Origin: a virus
Length of the DNA: 41,799 nucleotides
IMG/VR virus record: IMGVR_UViG_3300031566_000123
Reading direction: 5' to 3' (one strand)
Shown here: positions 1-6,416 of the stretch, piece by piece
Numbering within the stretch: position 1 is the stretch's first letter
Layout of the letters: each line of letters starts with the position of its first letter
Notes under the pieces: model-generated
Told to the model about the DNA's origin: nothing
Database searches by the model: none
What the model saw: only the letters and a program-made list of their open reading frames with translations
Translations under genes and position numbers: made by a program

Positions 1-127
1 CACACTTAGGCTCATTCCTTGACTATGGGGTGATTATAGGATGGCAAGATAAGCATGGTAATAGCTGCCAGCGCAGGGATGCCACCTACGCAATAATAGA
101 ACCAGCTGGTGGAAAGTTTGCACCTTG
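1..127. repeat. Terminal repeat copy 1, identical to 41673-41799 (contig closes on itself)
   Basis: Read directly: bases 1-127 (cacacttaggctcattcc...gcaccttg) match 41673-41799 base for base. Confidence 0.95.
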
Positions 128-200
128 GGATGCTTGGTGTGAAGAACATGCCTATAAGCAGGTAACCATGAGTGAATTTGAAGGTTGGATGTATTCATGA
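3..200 (+). CDS. 3' part of the junction-spanning ORF (83 aa in total, Cys/His-containing hypothetical); the same gene as 41621-41799
   Basis: The frame opened by the ATG at 41621 continues through the repeat to the TGA at 198-200. That stop overlaps the next ATG (ATGA). The WCEEH motif resembles the ORF at 1254-1655. Confidence 0.5.
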   Translation, partial: HLGSFLDYGVIIGWQDKHGNSCQRRDATYAIIEPAGGKFAPWDAWCEEHAYKQVTMSEFEGWMYS

Positions 201-586
201 GCAGTGTGGTGCTAACCCCAAAAGGTTGCCAAGATATACTCAACCAACTCATTGAGTACGAGGATTTGGACTGGTTGATGCCGCCGATAACCTTGAATGT
301 AAGGGGTATCAAACAAGGTTATACAAAGCTTAACTCACGTAGGATACTCATCCCTCAGTGGGCACTCGCTAATTTATACTGTGGGAAGTGGTACGTGATA
401 CATGAGATAGCGCATGTGGTAACAAGGTTGCAATATGGTATAGGGGTACAAATACATGGGTTAGAGTTTATGAAGGTTGAGAACCGTCTGCTTGGTTTGT
501 ACGGCTTAACCCTTAAGCGTAACAAGGTATATCCAAAAGCCATATACTTCCACGGAGTAGAGGTTTATCACAGAGAAGGTTTATAA
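197..586 (+). CDS. SprT-like zinc metallopeptidase-fold protein (129 aa)
   Basis: HExxH motif (YVIHEIAHVV) is followed by HGLEF, the SprT-like pattern. The ATG at 197 overlaps the upstream stop (ATGA). Confidence 0.55.
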   Translation: MSSVVLTPKGCQDILNQLIEYEDLDWLMPPITLNVRGIKQGYTKLNSRRILIPQWALANLYCGKWYVIHEIAHVVTRLQYGIGVQIHGLEFMKVENRLLGLYGLTLKRNKVYPKAIYFHGVEVYHREGL

Positions 587-592
587 GGAGGT

Positions 593-811
593 ATGATGAA
601 AACCAAATTGGTTATGTCGGAGAATAGGGTGGAGTTGTATGCGAATAGTAGGTACATAGCTTCTGCAACCGGGGAGTCAGAGGTTGTGTGGAATAATGAA
701 CCATTCACTCCATTATACACGGTGCTTATGCGAAGGGATAGCAACCACATCTCACATGCTTGCTTCCATGTGGATGCGGTGGAAGGCTTTGAGGCAGGAG
801 GTAACGAATGA
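593..811 (+). CDS. Hypothetical early protein (72 aa; the start may be the second ATG at 596)
   Basis: AAGGAGGT lies directly upstream of tandem ATGs. Tightly packed in the plus-strand operon. Confidence 0.6.
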   Translation: MMKTKLVMSENRVELYANSRYIASATGESEVVWNNEPFTPLYTVLMRRDSNHISHACFHVDAVEGFEAGGNE

Positions 812-939
812 GCCATAAGCAGGATAGGTTAAGGGCAAAAGCAGGGTTGGTATTTAGGGATGGCAAGTTAGTACCTAAGGATGCAGTAGAACAAGTATGG
901 AATCAAAAGAAAAAGGAGGTGCAAAATGGCAACCTATGA
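808..939 (+). CDS. Small hypothetical protein (43 aa, below the ORF-track cutoff)
   Basis: The ATG at 808 overlaps the upstream TGA (ATGA). The ORF fills an otherwise empty gap. My own translation: MSHKQDRLRAKAGLVFRDGKLVPKDAVEQVWNQKKKEVQNGNL. Confidence 0.35.
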   Translation: MSHKQDRLRAKAGLVFRDGKLVPKDAVEQVWNQKKKEVQNGNL

Positions 940-1261
940 GGAACTGGATAACCAACTACAAGGACGCAACTTTAATAGTCGCAAGGTGGGAAATAATACC
1001 TACCTAATACGCCATGAGAATATAATTGCCTTGCGGTTGCATAACACAGATGTGGTAACAGCCTACCCTGATGGTAGAATGATGTTGAATAGTGGTGGAT
1101 GGATGACGCCAACTACCAAGAACCGTATGAATTCTATCATTTATCCATATTACATTTACCAGCAGGATTATAGCTGGTATATAAGGGATAACAGCGGCGA
1201 GGTATTTCCATACTTTGATGGCATGACATTGCCAGTATATGAGGAGGTGCAGGATGGGTAA
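926..1261 (+). CDS. Hypothetical early protein (111 aa)
   Basis: AAAAGGAGGTGCAAA precedes the ATG at 926. Confidence 0.65.
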   Translation: MATYEELDNQLQGRNFNSRKVGNNTYLIRHENIIALRLHNTDVVTAYPDGRMMLNSGGWMTPTTKNRMNSIIYPYYIYQQDYSWYIRDNSGEVFPYFDGMTLPVYEEVQDG

Positions 1262-1655
1262 CAAAACAGTAAAAATGGATAAATACCCTACATGCGATGT
1301 CCCAGGGTGTAATGAGGAAGCACACTATGATGCCAAAACCTACATGGGTGGCAAGTGGGCGTATTTGTGTGAGGAACATTTCAAAGTATGGGGATATGGG
1401 TTAGGCTTAGGCAAAGGACAGTTGTTGGAGCTGAGGGAGCAGAACCCAGTGATAGAACAAACCACACGCCCTCAATCATGGATTGATACGGAAAAACTAA
1501 TCACTCAAGCTATGGATGGGTTGATTGAATGTCCTAATTGTGGAGAGTCCCTAGAACCTGACGCCGAGTCGTGCAGGTGTGGCTGGCTCAATCCTCTAAT
1601 CACTGGAGGGTTGGTAATTACTGACCCATTATACAAGGTTGGAGGGTTGATTTAA
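1254..1655 (+). CDS. Cys-rich, putative zinc-binding protein (133 aa)
   Basis: GAGGAGGTGCAGG precedes the ATG at 1254. Cys clusters: CDVPGC...CEEH and CPNC...CRC. Confidence 0.65.
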   Translation: MGNKTVKMDKYPTCDVPGCNEEAHYDAKTYMGGKWAYLCEEHFKVWGYGLGLGKGQLLELREQNPVIEQTTRPQSWIDTEKLITQAMDGLIECPNCGESLEPDAESCRCGWLNPLITGGLVITDPLYKVGGLI

Positions 1656-1819
1656 TTAGCATACTGACCTACTGCCATTCTTCCTACTCCTACCTGCTAG
1701 AGTTAACCTCCCTAGTGGGTAGGGGTAAGCAGAACGGCATATAATTAAGTAATGGAGGTTAAGGAATATGAAGTTATAAGGTATAACATAGAGTTAACGG
1801 CAAATAAAGGAGGATTGGT

Positions 1820-2038
1820 ATGAAATGCCCTATGAAGTTTAATAGTGCTACGATGGAAATGGATGAGATGTCGGTATTCCATGGGATTATTGATGATGAG
1901 GTAGAACATTGTGCATGTGAGAGGGAGCGTTGTGCATGGTATATTGCAACAACCCAAGGTTGTGCCGTGCAGCACCTTGCTAGAACTCTCAGTGCTGTGC
2001 AATCCTTAATCAAAATAAATAGTAAGGAGAAATTATAA
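1820..2038 (+). CDS. Hypothetical Cys-containing protein (72 aa)
   Basis: AAAGGAGGATTGGT precedes the ATG. Confidence 0.6.
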   Translation: MKCPMKFNSATMEMDEMSVFHGIIDDEVEHCACERERCAWYIATTQGCAVQHLARTLSAVQSLIKINSKEKL

Positions 2039-2039
2039 T

Positions 2040-2297
2040 ATGGAAAGGTTTAGAGCACTATACACACCAATAACATACTCGGCAAATGGTGATGGCAACC
2101 CATTCCGTAGTAGGAAGGTGCCACCAGACTCAGACCCAGAAACGGTGCTGGTTATAGCAATCCTTAGCCCAAGTGAGGTTGTGTTTATTCATGGGGATGG
2201 TAGATTGGATACTGATACGGTGGAATGTTTCACCCAATGTATTTCTAGTTGGCGAAGCAAATACACCGCAGATTGTGAGGCAGGTAACATAACGTGA
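2040..2297 (+). CDS. Hypothetical protein (85 aa)
   Basis: AAGGAGAAATTATAAT precedes the ATG. Confidence 0.6.
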   Translation: MERFRALYTPITYSANGDGNPFRSRKVPPDSDPETVLVIAILSPSEVVFIHGDGRLDTDTVECFTQCISSWRSKYTADCEAGNIT

Positions 2298-2464
2298 AAC
2301 TCCCAGTAGAATTACAGAGTGTTAGAGGTAAGGTAGAACTGGTAGAAGACGCCGACCATACTGTGTTGCTCTACCTTGATGGCATGTTGATAGCAAGGTT
2401 TTCACAAACGGGGGTAGATGTGCAGAATATGCTGGAGGCAGCAAAAAGGTATAGTAAAAATTAA
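2294..2464 (+). CDS. Small hypothetical protein (56 aa, GTG start, below the ORF-track cutoff)
   Basis: The GTG at 2294 overlaps the upstream TGA (GTGA). The ORF fills the 2298-2470 gap and ends just before the next Shine-Dalgarno site. Confidence 0.4.
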   Translation: MKLPVELQSVRGKVELVEDADHTVLLYLDGMLIARFSQTGVDVQNMLEAAKRYSKN

Positions 2465-2470
2465 GGAGGT

Positions 2471-2800
2471 ATGATGAGAACCATTGAATTGTTTGACCAA
2501 ATAGAGATAGAACATTTCGTTTACCAAGGACACACCCATGCTGAAGCATCCATAGCAAAGTGGCAGGGTATATGTGAGGCGCTGGAGACTATCCTTAGTG
2601 TAGTCAAGCAAAGGTGCGGGCTGTGTGAGGAAAACCGTTCTGTTTTATCCATTAATACTTGTGAAGGTTGTCCACTGTATGACCCTGAACACCCAGATAC
2701 CATATGCTGTAAGGAATATGAAACAGCAAGTGGGAGTTTAGGTTGGGCTAGAGAGAATGCCGAAGCCATGCTTCATATTCTGGAAGAAGTTCAGGAATGA
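2471..2800 (+). CDS. Cys-rich hypothetical protein (109 aa; the start may be the ATG at 2474)
   Basis: Uses the same TAAGGAGGTATGATGA start cassette as the ORF at 593. Several CxxC-like pairs. Confidence 0.6.
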   Translation: MMRTIELFDQIEIEHFVYQGHTHAEASIAKWQGICEALETILSVVKQRCGLCEENRSVLSINTCEGCPLYDPEHPDTICCKEYETASGSLGWARENAEAMLHILEEVQE

Positions 2801-2821
2801 AATTAAAGGAGGAATGGTATA

Positions 2822-3214
2822 ATGTGTTTATGTGAACTAACCACAGACAAACCTTGTAAGCGAGGGTTTAAGATTGTAAGGGTAGATGACATGGGGGAAT
2901 ATTATCCAATGTATAGGAATGCTGACAAAACACTCCCCAAGGGGGTTTGGCTACATGAGGAAGATTACCGTGATGAACTAGGAGGTCTCATATCAGTGGG
3001 AGGTACAACGAAAACATACCAAAAAGGTTTCCATGTCTACCACCACAGAAGGGATGCGGAATATATCAAAGGCTTCGAGGTTAAAGATGAACCTGACCGA
3101 CTTGTAAGGATTGTGCAGGTGCAGGTACATGAACCTGTCGCTGTGGGCTTGCAAAGCGGTTCGATTAGAGTAACCGTGGCAAAACAAATAAAAATTGGCA
3201 AGGAGGTAAACTAA
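2822..3214 (+). CDS. Hypothetical protein, paralog A of the MCL..DKPCKRG family (130 aa)
   Basis: AAAGGAGGAATGGTATA precedes the ATG. Shares N-terminus, GFHVYH and VTVAK(Q/E)IK motifs with 3523-3906. Confidence 0.7.
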   Translation: MCLCELTTDKPCKRGFKIVRVDDMGEYYPMYRNADKTLPKGVWLHEEDYRDELGGLISVGGTTKTYQKGFHVYHHRRDAEYIKGFEVKDEPDRLVRIVQVQVHEPVAVGLQSGSIRVTVAKQIKIGKEVN

Positions 3215-3215
3215 C

Positions 3216-3521
3216 ATGGAATCAAAAGAATTACACAAAGATATGATGGAACAATTTGAAAGGTGCAAACAAAACGCTTCCGATATGGCAGCTAAAATGC
3301 TGAGTGAACCAGATGGCGGACCTTTCTGGGAAGCTCAAAAGAAAAACAAAGATACCATTGCCCTCATCGCAGCCAAGGAGGTGTCTGATTTATCCCGAAC
3401 ATTCATGGAGGAATTACAAATTTATGGTGTAACAATTTTTGGCTTAGGTTATTACGCCAAAGAAGCAGAGATATTGGAAGGGCAGGTGGATGATGTGGTA
3501 AATGGTAGTAAAGAGGTATAA
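3216..3521 (+). CDS. Hypothetical protein (101 aa)
   Basis: AAGGAGGTAAACTAAC precedes the ATG. Confidence 0.6.
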   Translation: MESKELHKDMMEQFERCKQNASDMAAKMLSEPDGGPFWEAQKKNKDTIALIAAKEVSDLSRTFMEELQIYGVTIFGLGYYAKEAEILEGQVDDVVNGSKEV

Positions 3522-3522
3522 T

Positions 3523-3906
3523 ATGTGTCTGCATAGGATAACTGAAGATAAACCGTGTAAGAGGGGGTACAAGGTAGTCCGCAAATTTGGCGGCAATTAC
3601 TTATCACTATTTAAAGGGGATAAGCCACTACTGCTAGGAGAATGGCTGGGCGAAAAGGATTATCGCAGTATGCCAAAGCTAGAAAAGCTTGGGATAGTTG
3701 CCTATGGGGTAGATGATACCTACATTGCAAATACTTATAGCACAGGGTTTCATGTCTATCACCTAAAAAAGGATGCTGTAAGTTATGCAGGGTTCGGTAG
3801 AGTGGTTGTAACCGTCCAAGTGAGGAAACCCACTGCTACTGGGTTTGAGAATAAACGCAAAGTAACCGTGGCCAAGGAGATCAAGCTGTTGAAGGTAGTT
3901 CAATAA
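3523..3906 (+). CDS. Hypothetical protein, paralog B of the MCL..DKPCKRG family (127 aa)
   Basis: AAAGAGGTATAAT precedes the ATG at 3523. Aligns by eye to 2822-3214 along its whole length. Confidence 0.7.
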   Translation: MCLHRITEDKPCKRGYKVVRKFGGNYLSLFKGDKPLLLGEWLGEKDYRSMPKLEKLGIVAYGVDDTYIANTYSTGFHVYHLKKDAVSYAGFGRVVVTVQVRKPTATGFENKRKVTVAKEIKLLKVVQ

Positions 3907-4094
3907 TGGACGACCCCACTCCAGAACAACTAGAAGCAATAAAGGCAGGTGGAGATACTCCAGGTTTCCACTTCACCTGCCCAAACTGCGAACACAAGCA
4001 TACCTTTTATAGTGCAGGGTATGAAGGTTGGGTATGTTTAGACTGCGGGATAGTGTTTCAATGGTATGATACTTTGAGATTGGAGGAGGTATAA
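3906..4094 (+). CDS. Zinc-ribbon-like small protein (62 aa)
   Basis: CPNC...CLDC pairs. TAATG start/stop overlap. Confidence 0.6.
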   Translation: MDDPTPEQLEAIKAGGDTPGFHFTCPNCEHKHTFYSAGYEGWVCLDCGIVFQWYDTLRLEEV

Positions 4095-4156
4095 TAATAA
4101 CAATCATAAGCTTGAGGTTACAACTTATAAGGATTATATTGAAATAAAAGAGGTGA

Positions 4157-4408
4157 ATGATGTTAGAGATAAGAAATGGAGTAAAGGAGAAAATAGTAAA
4201 GATAATAGACAATAGTATAATGGCTAATTTGGTTGATGGTAGGTTTAATCCGTCTCCCTATGCGGATGAGATACTCGCCATTCCCGAACTAGCCATTGTG
4301 GATAGGGAAGCTAAGATGCCGAATTGTCCTAGCTTTATCACTACATACTGGCGAGCTGGTTATTTGCAAGCTCACGAAGATATGAATGGCTGGGTGAAGG
4401 AGGTGTAA
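4157..4408 (+). CDS. Hypothetical protein (83 aa)
   Basis: AAAGAGGTGA precedes tandem ATGs. Confidence 0.55.
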   Translation: MMLEIRNGVKEKIVKIIDNSIMANLVDGRFNPSPYADEILAIPELAIVDREAKMPNCPSFITTYWRAGYLQAHEDMNGWVKEV

Positions 4409-4411
4409 TGT

Positions 4412-4825
4412 TTGCATAACAGTAGTATTAGAAAACAAATCCTCCGAGAGCGGGGGTTAACGGTCACCAAACCTGGTAAGCGCAAGCATCGGCGGTTGGC
4501 TGTTGTTCCTGCAACCTCACTAGATGAGCTTAAAACCCCAACTATGCGGTACCTTGAGCTAAAGTTTTGCCAACCCATAGAGGAATTATTATTATTAGGT
4601 TCACTGGGGTCAACCGCCGAACAATTAGGTATCAACTTCACCACGGTATTTAAGTGGAGGAAGAGGTTAAACCTTAATTATTCACCTACCAACCTGCCTC
4701 AGTGTAAAGGTTGCCCCCGTAGGAACAAACGCTGTAAGTGTGGGAGGTGTATTATCCTCTACGAGATGAAGGAATACGATTTGGCGAAGCTGAAAAAATC
4801 CCAAGTATTAGGTCATGTGGTATGA
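4412..4825 (+). CDS. Putative HTH DNA-binding protein with a Cys-rich C-terminus (137 aa, TTG start)
   Basis: GGAGG lies 8 nt upstream of the TTG at 4412. HTH-like segment STAEQLGINFTTVFKWRKRL, followed by CKGCPRRNKRCKCGRC. Confidence 0.5.
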   Translation: MHNSSIRKQILRERGLTVTKPGKRKHRRLAVVPATSLDELKTPTMRYLELKFCQPIEELLLLGSLGSTAEQLGINFTTVFKWRKRLNLNYSPTNLPQCKGCPRRNKRCKCGRCIILYEMKEYDLAKLKKSQVLGHVV

Positions 4826-5559
4826 AAGCCGATACCCTCAAAGAATTACTAGAATGGACTCCCCCACATCAGGATTACATAATAGACAGAGGGATATTAG
4901 CCCCGCAAACCAAGCTTATTATATTTGGTAGGTTTCAAACTTGGAAAAGCATGATAGCTATGCACACTGGGTTTTGCTTGGCCACAGGGAGACCATGGTT
5001 TGGGTTCAAGACCAAACAATCTGCGGTATATTCGCTGCAAACGGAGATACCAAAACCAGAATTCCAAAAACGCATCCATAAGTATTGCTTAGGTAATCAG
5101 ACATACCCTGATAATATCTACCTCCGCACGGAACATTATATTAAACTGGATGAAGCGTATGGGAATGATGATATAAGCAAAGAGCTAGAGGAAAGCCTGC
5201 CGCAAGTCCTAATCATTGACCCATTATACAAGGTTATGAGAGGCAGGTTGACGGATGACTATGATGCAAGACGGTTGATAGATAGGTTGGATTTACTAAT
5301 AGCCAAGTATAAGGTTGCGATAATACTCGTACACCATGATAGAAAACCTATTGTGGTAGATGGAGCTATACAACAATCCGCCATGGATATGTTTGGTAGT
5401 TCCATATTCATAGATTGGTGTGATAGTAGTATTAGAGTTAACCCACTAAAGGCTGATGGTGAGGTGGTGTTAACATTTGAGAAAGCAAGGAACGCTGAGG
5501 AGGAGTTAAAGCCATTGCAAATTAAGGTCAATAGGAATGATTTAACATTTAGGTATTAG
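4822..5559 (+). CDS. RecA-fold ATPase, RepA/AAA_25-like (candidate replicative helicase or loader), 245 aa
   Basis: P-loop-like GRFQTWKS, Walker B VLIIDPLYKV, and ILVHHDRK typical of RepA-like ATPases. The ATG at 4822 overlaps the upstream TGA. Confidence 0.6.
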   Translation: MKADTLKELLEWTPPHQDYIIDRGILAPQTKLIIFGRFQTWKSMIAMHTGFCLATGRPWFGFKTKQSAVYSLQTEIPKPEFQKRIHKYCLGNQTYPDNIYLRTEHYIKLDEAYGNDDISKELEESLPQVLIIDPLYKVMRGRLTDDYDARRLIDRLDLLIAKYKVAIILVHHDRKPIVVDGAIQQSAMDMFGSSIFIDWCDSSIRVNPLKADGEVVLTFEKARNAEEELKPLQIKVNRNDLTFRY

Positions 5560-5905
5560 GGGGTAACATAAGCATATACCATAATAAGTTAATAGCGTGT
5601 AATTTAATATAGATTACATTACTAAAGATAGAGTGTTACATTAGTTTACATAATTACTGTATATCAGTATAAAATAGTGTAGATACTTATTACTATAATA
5701 TAATGTTAGCTATATTGAATTACACTCTAATTGACATAATGTTGTTGACATAACACTTGCTCTGAAAGGCCCAAATTATGAGCTATAATGACAATAGACT
5801 ATGATAAGCACTAACACGATATTTGACACGACGTAGTGTAGCCATGTGTGTGACTGGCATGGCATACGATGGCGTGATAAGGCATAGATTGACACGATGC
5901 CATAT
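5560..5905. promoter_or_regulatory. AT-rich non-coding region with multiple TTACAT / TTGACA(T/C) boxes (candidate origin or operator field)
   Basis: No ORF with a Shine-Dalgarno site. Visibly AT-rich from 5581 to 5760. Boxes lie near 5610, 5634, 5645 and 5719 (TTACA) and at 5731, 5745, 5823 and 5889 (TTGACA). Confidence 0.5.
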
Positions 5906-5934
5906 TTGACACAAGCCAGTGACTATGATATAAT
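5906..5934 (+). promoter_or_regulatory. Sigma70-type promoter, perfect consensus TTGACA-N17-TATAAT
   Basis: TTGACA at 5906-5911, a 17-nt spacer ending in TGA, TATAAT at 5929-5934. The predicted start near 5941 is about 40 nt upstream of the tRNA-like genes. Confidence 0.75.
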
Positions 5935-5981
5935 TGATACAAATGGACAAATTGGACAGAAGTTTAACAACCGAATAATGC

Positions 5982-6175
5982 TTGCCAGTGGCGGAATAGG
6001 TAGACGCTATGGCCAGGAACTAGAGGTAGGACAGGATAAAAAGTCCCCGTGACACCTGGTTGGGCTAACCACCCGTAAAACATACGGCAACAGACCAATA
6101 CCAGCGTGGTGGCTGTGAGGCAACTGATAAGCGGGTCAGCCTACTCATCTAGGGTGCAAATCCCTAGCTGGCAAT
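5982..6175 (+). ncRNA. tRNA-like gene 1 (about 193 nt) with acceptor, D-arm and T-arm but a roughly 110-nt internal insertion
   Basis: TTGCCAG (5982-5988) pairs with CTGGCAA (6168-6174). UG linker. D-arm GCGGAATAGGTAGACGC resembles type II tRNAs. T-arm CTAGGG-TGCAAAT-CCCTAG (6149-6167). No canonical anticodon arm found by eye. Confidence 0.55.
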
Positions 6176-6307
6176 GCTGGAGATGGCAGAAAGGTAAATG
6201 CTTGCAACGAGGTAGAGCCTCCCAAGTGGAGAGAAGGCCGATACCCACAAGGGGAAGGCGCTGTTGTAAAACTCTATCTACTAGGGTTCGAATCCCTAGC
6301 TCCAGCA
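6176..6307 (+). ncRNA. tRNA-like gene 2 (about 131 nt) with acceptor, D-arm and canonical T-arm but a roughly 50-nt internal insertion
   Basis: GCTGGAG (6176-6182) pairs with CTCCAGC (6300-6306). D-arm GGCA-GAAAGGTAAA-TGCT. T-arm CTAGGG-TTCGAAT-CCCTAG (6281-6299). Starts immediately after gene 1. Confidence 0.55.
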
Positions 6308-6312
6308 AAACA

Positions 6313-6393
6313 CCTAGCGAGGAAGTGATTGCGGATAATTGGTAACAAGCAGTTCTGCGGATACCAGCAGCCTCGCTAGGTCAATGTGTTGAC
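6313..6393 (+). promoter_or_regulatory. Long hairpin plus palindrome upstream of the RHH gene
   Basis: CCTAGCGAGG (6313-6322) is the exact reverse complement of CCTCGCTAGG (6371-6380). Its loop holds two TGCGGATA copies (6330-6337, 6356-6363). Palindrome GTCAA-TGTG-TTGAC lies at 6380-6393. Confidence 0.45.
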
Positions 6394-6416
6394 TACCCGA
6401 AAGGAGTAATTGTACC

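Noticed and set aside
6099-6174. A normal 76-nt tRNA hidden in the 3' part of tRNA-like gene 1
   Set aside because: TACCAGC/GCTGGCA pairs at 6 of 7 positions, but I found no D-stem. The only anticodon-like loop (CUGAUAA, 6124-6130) lacks a 5-bp stem. The full 5982-6174 closure, with a bona fide D-arm, fits better.
5982-6307. Archaeal host with bulge-helix-bulge tRNA introns
   Set aside because: Leaderless first genes and interrupted tRNAs suggested archaea. However, six TTGACA-N17/18-TGn-TAnnnT promoters, a family A polymerase and bacterial-type intrinsic terminators point to a bacterial host. I also saw no clear bulge-helix-bulge motif.
6106-6345. 79-aa plus-strand ORF in the ORF track
   Set aside because: It lies entirely over the two tRNA-like structures, has no Shine-Dalgarno site, and its Arg/Ser/Cys-rich composition fits translation of structured RNA.
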